Source: a virus
Direction: 5' to 3' (one strand)
Length of the DNA stretch: 6,406 bases
IMG/VR virus record: IMGVR_UViG_3300045988_007202
Coordinates: 1-6,406 of that record
In this document: in pieces, positions 5,270 to 6,406 of the stretch
Numbering within the stretch: position 1 is the stretch's first letter
Layout of the letters: each line of letters begins with the position of its first letter
The notes under the pieces: model-generated
Databases searched by the model: none
Told to the model about the DNA's origin: nothing
The model's input: the letters and a program-made list of their open reading frames with translations, nothing else
Translations under genes and position numbers: made by a program

Positions 5270-5674
5270 ATGTATAAGCCTAAGTATTTTTCTCTGTTGG
5301 AACTTATTGATACAAGTCATACGGTTCTTCAGAATAATGTTCCTTCTTGGTGTTCTTTGGAAAACCTCCTTTCTTTGTGTGAAAAGGTTCTTGATCCTTT
5401 GCGTGAGGCCTATGGTAAGCCTTTATTTGTAAATTCAGGTTATCGTTCTAGTTTTGTGAATAAATCTGTCGGTGGTGTTTCCATTTCTCAGCATTTGGTA
5501 GGTTGTGCTGCTGACATTTCTGTTTCTTCTGATTGTTCGCTGCCTGCGTTGTTTGATCTTGTTCAGGAGTTACACTTGCCTTTTGATCAGCTTATTTATT
5601 ATAAGGTTCGGAATTTTATTCATATTTCGTGGTCTCCTTACCCGCGGTCTCAGGTTATTGTTAGAAATGCTTAA
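5270..5674 (+). CDS. Peptidase M15 family zinc peptidoglycan hydrolase (VanY / D-Ala-D-Ala carboxypeptidase fold, Peptidase_M15_3-like), 134 aa. Probable endolysin.
   Basis: It carries the SGYRS...N..VGG..SQH......AADI block, with H75-x6-D82 (CAT 5492-5494, GAC 5513-5515). The third zinc ligand is in FIHISW (CAT 5621-5623). This is the canonical H-x6-D...H signature of the family. Confidence 0.85.
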   Translation: MYKPKYFSLLELIDTSHTVLQNNVPSWCSLENLLSLCEKVLDPLREAYGKPLFVNSGYRSSFVNKSVGGVSISQHLVGCAADISVSSDCSLPALFDLVQELHLPFDQLIYYKVRNFIHISWSPYPRSQVIVRNA

Positions 5675-5882
5675 TTTTGATGTCGGTTCTTTTCCGTCTA
5701 TTCATAATGATATAGTAGACGGGATACCTGAAAATTATGTTTGTTATTATAAAAAGTATTTGTATGAAATTGAATTTATCCGTTTTAAAAAAAGTGATTC
5801 TGTTTATTTACGACATTATAACGTTTCTGCTACAGAGAAAGAAAAACAATTAGTTATTAATTTTAAATTTGATGGAAAATGA
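5667..5882 (+). CDS. Hypothetical 71-aa protein (MLNFDVGSFPSIHNDIVDGIPENYVCYYKKYLYEIEFIRFKKSDSVYLRHYNVSATEKEKQLVINFKFDGK).
   Basis: ATG 5667 overlaps the peptidase stop by 8 nt. Its stop TGA 5880-5882 overlaps the VP1 ATG 5879 as ATGA. The part of track ORF 5505..5882 upstream of this ATG looks like a frame artefact. Confidence 0.5.
   Translation: MLNFDVGSFPSIHNDIVDGIPENYVCYYKKYLYEIEFIRFKKSDSVYLRHYNVSATEKEKQLVINFKFDGK
5864..5871 (+). promoter_or_regulatory. TAnnTTTG motif (TAAATTTG), 7 nt upstream of the VP1 ATG.
   Basis: Motif read directly. Together with the hairpin at 3113-3146 it would define a transcription unit covering VP1, the 165-aa ORF and VP2. Confidence 0.3.
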
Positions 5883-6406
5883 GTAGTTTATTTTCGTATG
5901 GAGATATTAAGAATTCTCCCCGTCGCTCTGGTTTCGATTTATCGAACAAATGTGCATTTACAGCTAAGGTAGGTGAGTTACTTCCTGTCTTTTGGAAGTT
6001 TTGTTTACCTGGTGATAATTTTAATATTTCTCAGGAGTGGTTTACCCGTACGCAGCCTGTGGATACTTCTGCTTTTACTCGCTTGCGTGAGTACTATGAA
6101 TGGTTCTTTGTGCCATTGCATTTGCTTTATCGTAACAGTAACGAGGCTATTATGTCTATGGAGAACCAGCCTAACTATGCTGCTTCTGGCTCTTCTTCAA
6201 TTAGTTTTAATCGGAATTTGCCTTGGGTAGATTTGTCGACTATAAACACTGCTATTGGTAATGTTCAATCTTCTACTTCGCCACTTAATTTTTTTGGTAT
6301 TTCTCGTTCTGAAGGTTTTAAAAAACTTGTTAGTTATTTGGGATATGGTGAAACTTCGCCTGAAAAGTATGTTGACAATCTTCGTTGTAGTGCTTTCCCC
6401 CTTTAC
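5879..6406 (+). CDS. VP1: Major capsid protein VP1, N-terminal 176 codons. It runs off the window end and continues at base 120 of the window through the circular junction.
   Basis: Hand translation gives MSSLFSYGDIKNSPRRSGFDLSNKCAFTAKVGELLPVFWKFCLPGDNFNISQEWFTRTQPVDTSAFTRLREYYEWFFVPLHLLY... This shows the microvirus capsid N-terminal pattern R.FDLS...G.L.P....LPGD...FFVP. There is no stop before the window end. The ORF is missing from the track because it is open-ended. Confidence 0.93.
   Translation, partial: MSSLFSYGDIKNSPRRSGFDLSNKCAFTAKVGELLPVFWKFCLPGDNFNISQEWFTRTQPVDTSAFTRLREYYEWFFVPLHLLYRNSNEAIMSMENQPNYAASGSSSISFNRNLPWVDLSTINTAIGNVQSSTSPLNFFGISRSEGFKKLVSYLGYGETSPEKYVDNLRCSAFPLY
6288..6406. 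repeat. Terminal redundancy: copy 2 of the exact 119-nt direct repeat, identical to 1..119.
   Basis: Direct comparison with bases 1-119. Confidence 0.95.

Overview
The window is a complete, circularly permuted genome of a small ssDNA phage of the family Microviridae. Bases 1-119 are identical to 6288-6406, so the unit length is 6,287 nt. The major capsid gene is therefore split across the window ends: 5879..6287 joins in frame to 1..1460, giving 622 aa. All convincing genes are on the + strand and tightly packed, with ATGA-type start/stop overlaps. In order they are: VP1 capsid, a 165-aa orphan with a polyQ tail (scaffold-like position), VP2 pilot/minor capsid protein, VP4 HUH rolling-circle replication initiator, a 48-aa orphan, a peptidase M15-type zinc peptidoglycan hydrolase (likely endolysin), and a 71-aa orphan. 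The host is probably Bacteroidota and the phage Alpavirinae-like; this is inference from four things. There are no Shine-Dalgarno sequences before the annotated genes, TAnnTTTG motifs sit 4-7 nt before three start codons, and genome size and gene order fit. The most unusual part is the only long non-coding gap (3089-3499). It opens with a terminator-like hairpin and then contains a roughly 190-nt GC-rich island (about 59% G+C by hand count) in an otherwise T-rich genome. The island is packed with palindromes, two CTGGGGGG repeats and six CGAAG/CGAAAG motifs. Two of these are exact GCGAAGC mini-hairpin sequences of the kind known from phiX174/G4 origin regions. A cluster of three adjacent hairpins follows, just upstream of the rep gene. 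The second candidate is a 175-codon ATG ORF nested out of frame inside VP4 (4035-4562), which coincides with a local shift in VP4 codon usage and recalls gene B inside gene A of phiX174. No tRNA, rRNA, CRISPR array, integrase or transposase is visible. All family assignments rest on remembered motifs; no database search was possible.
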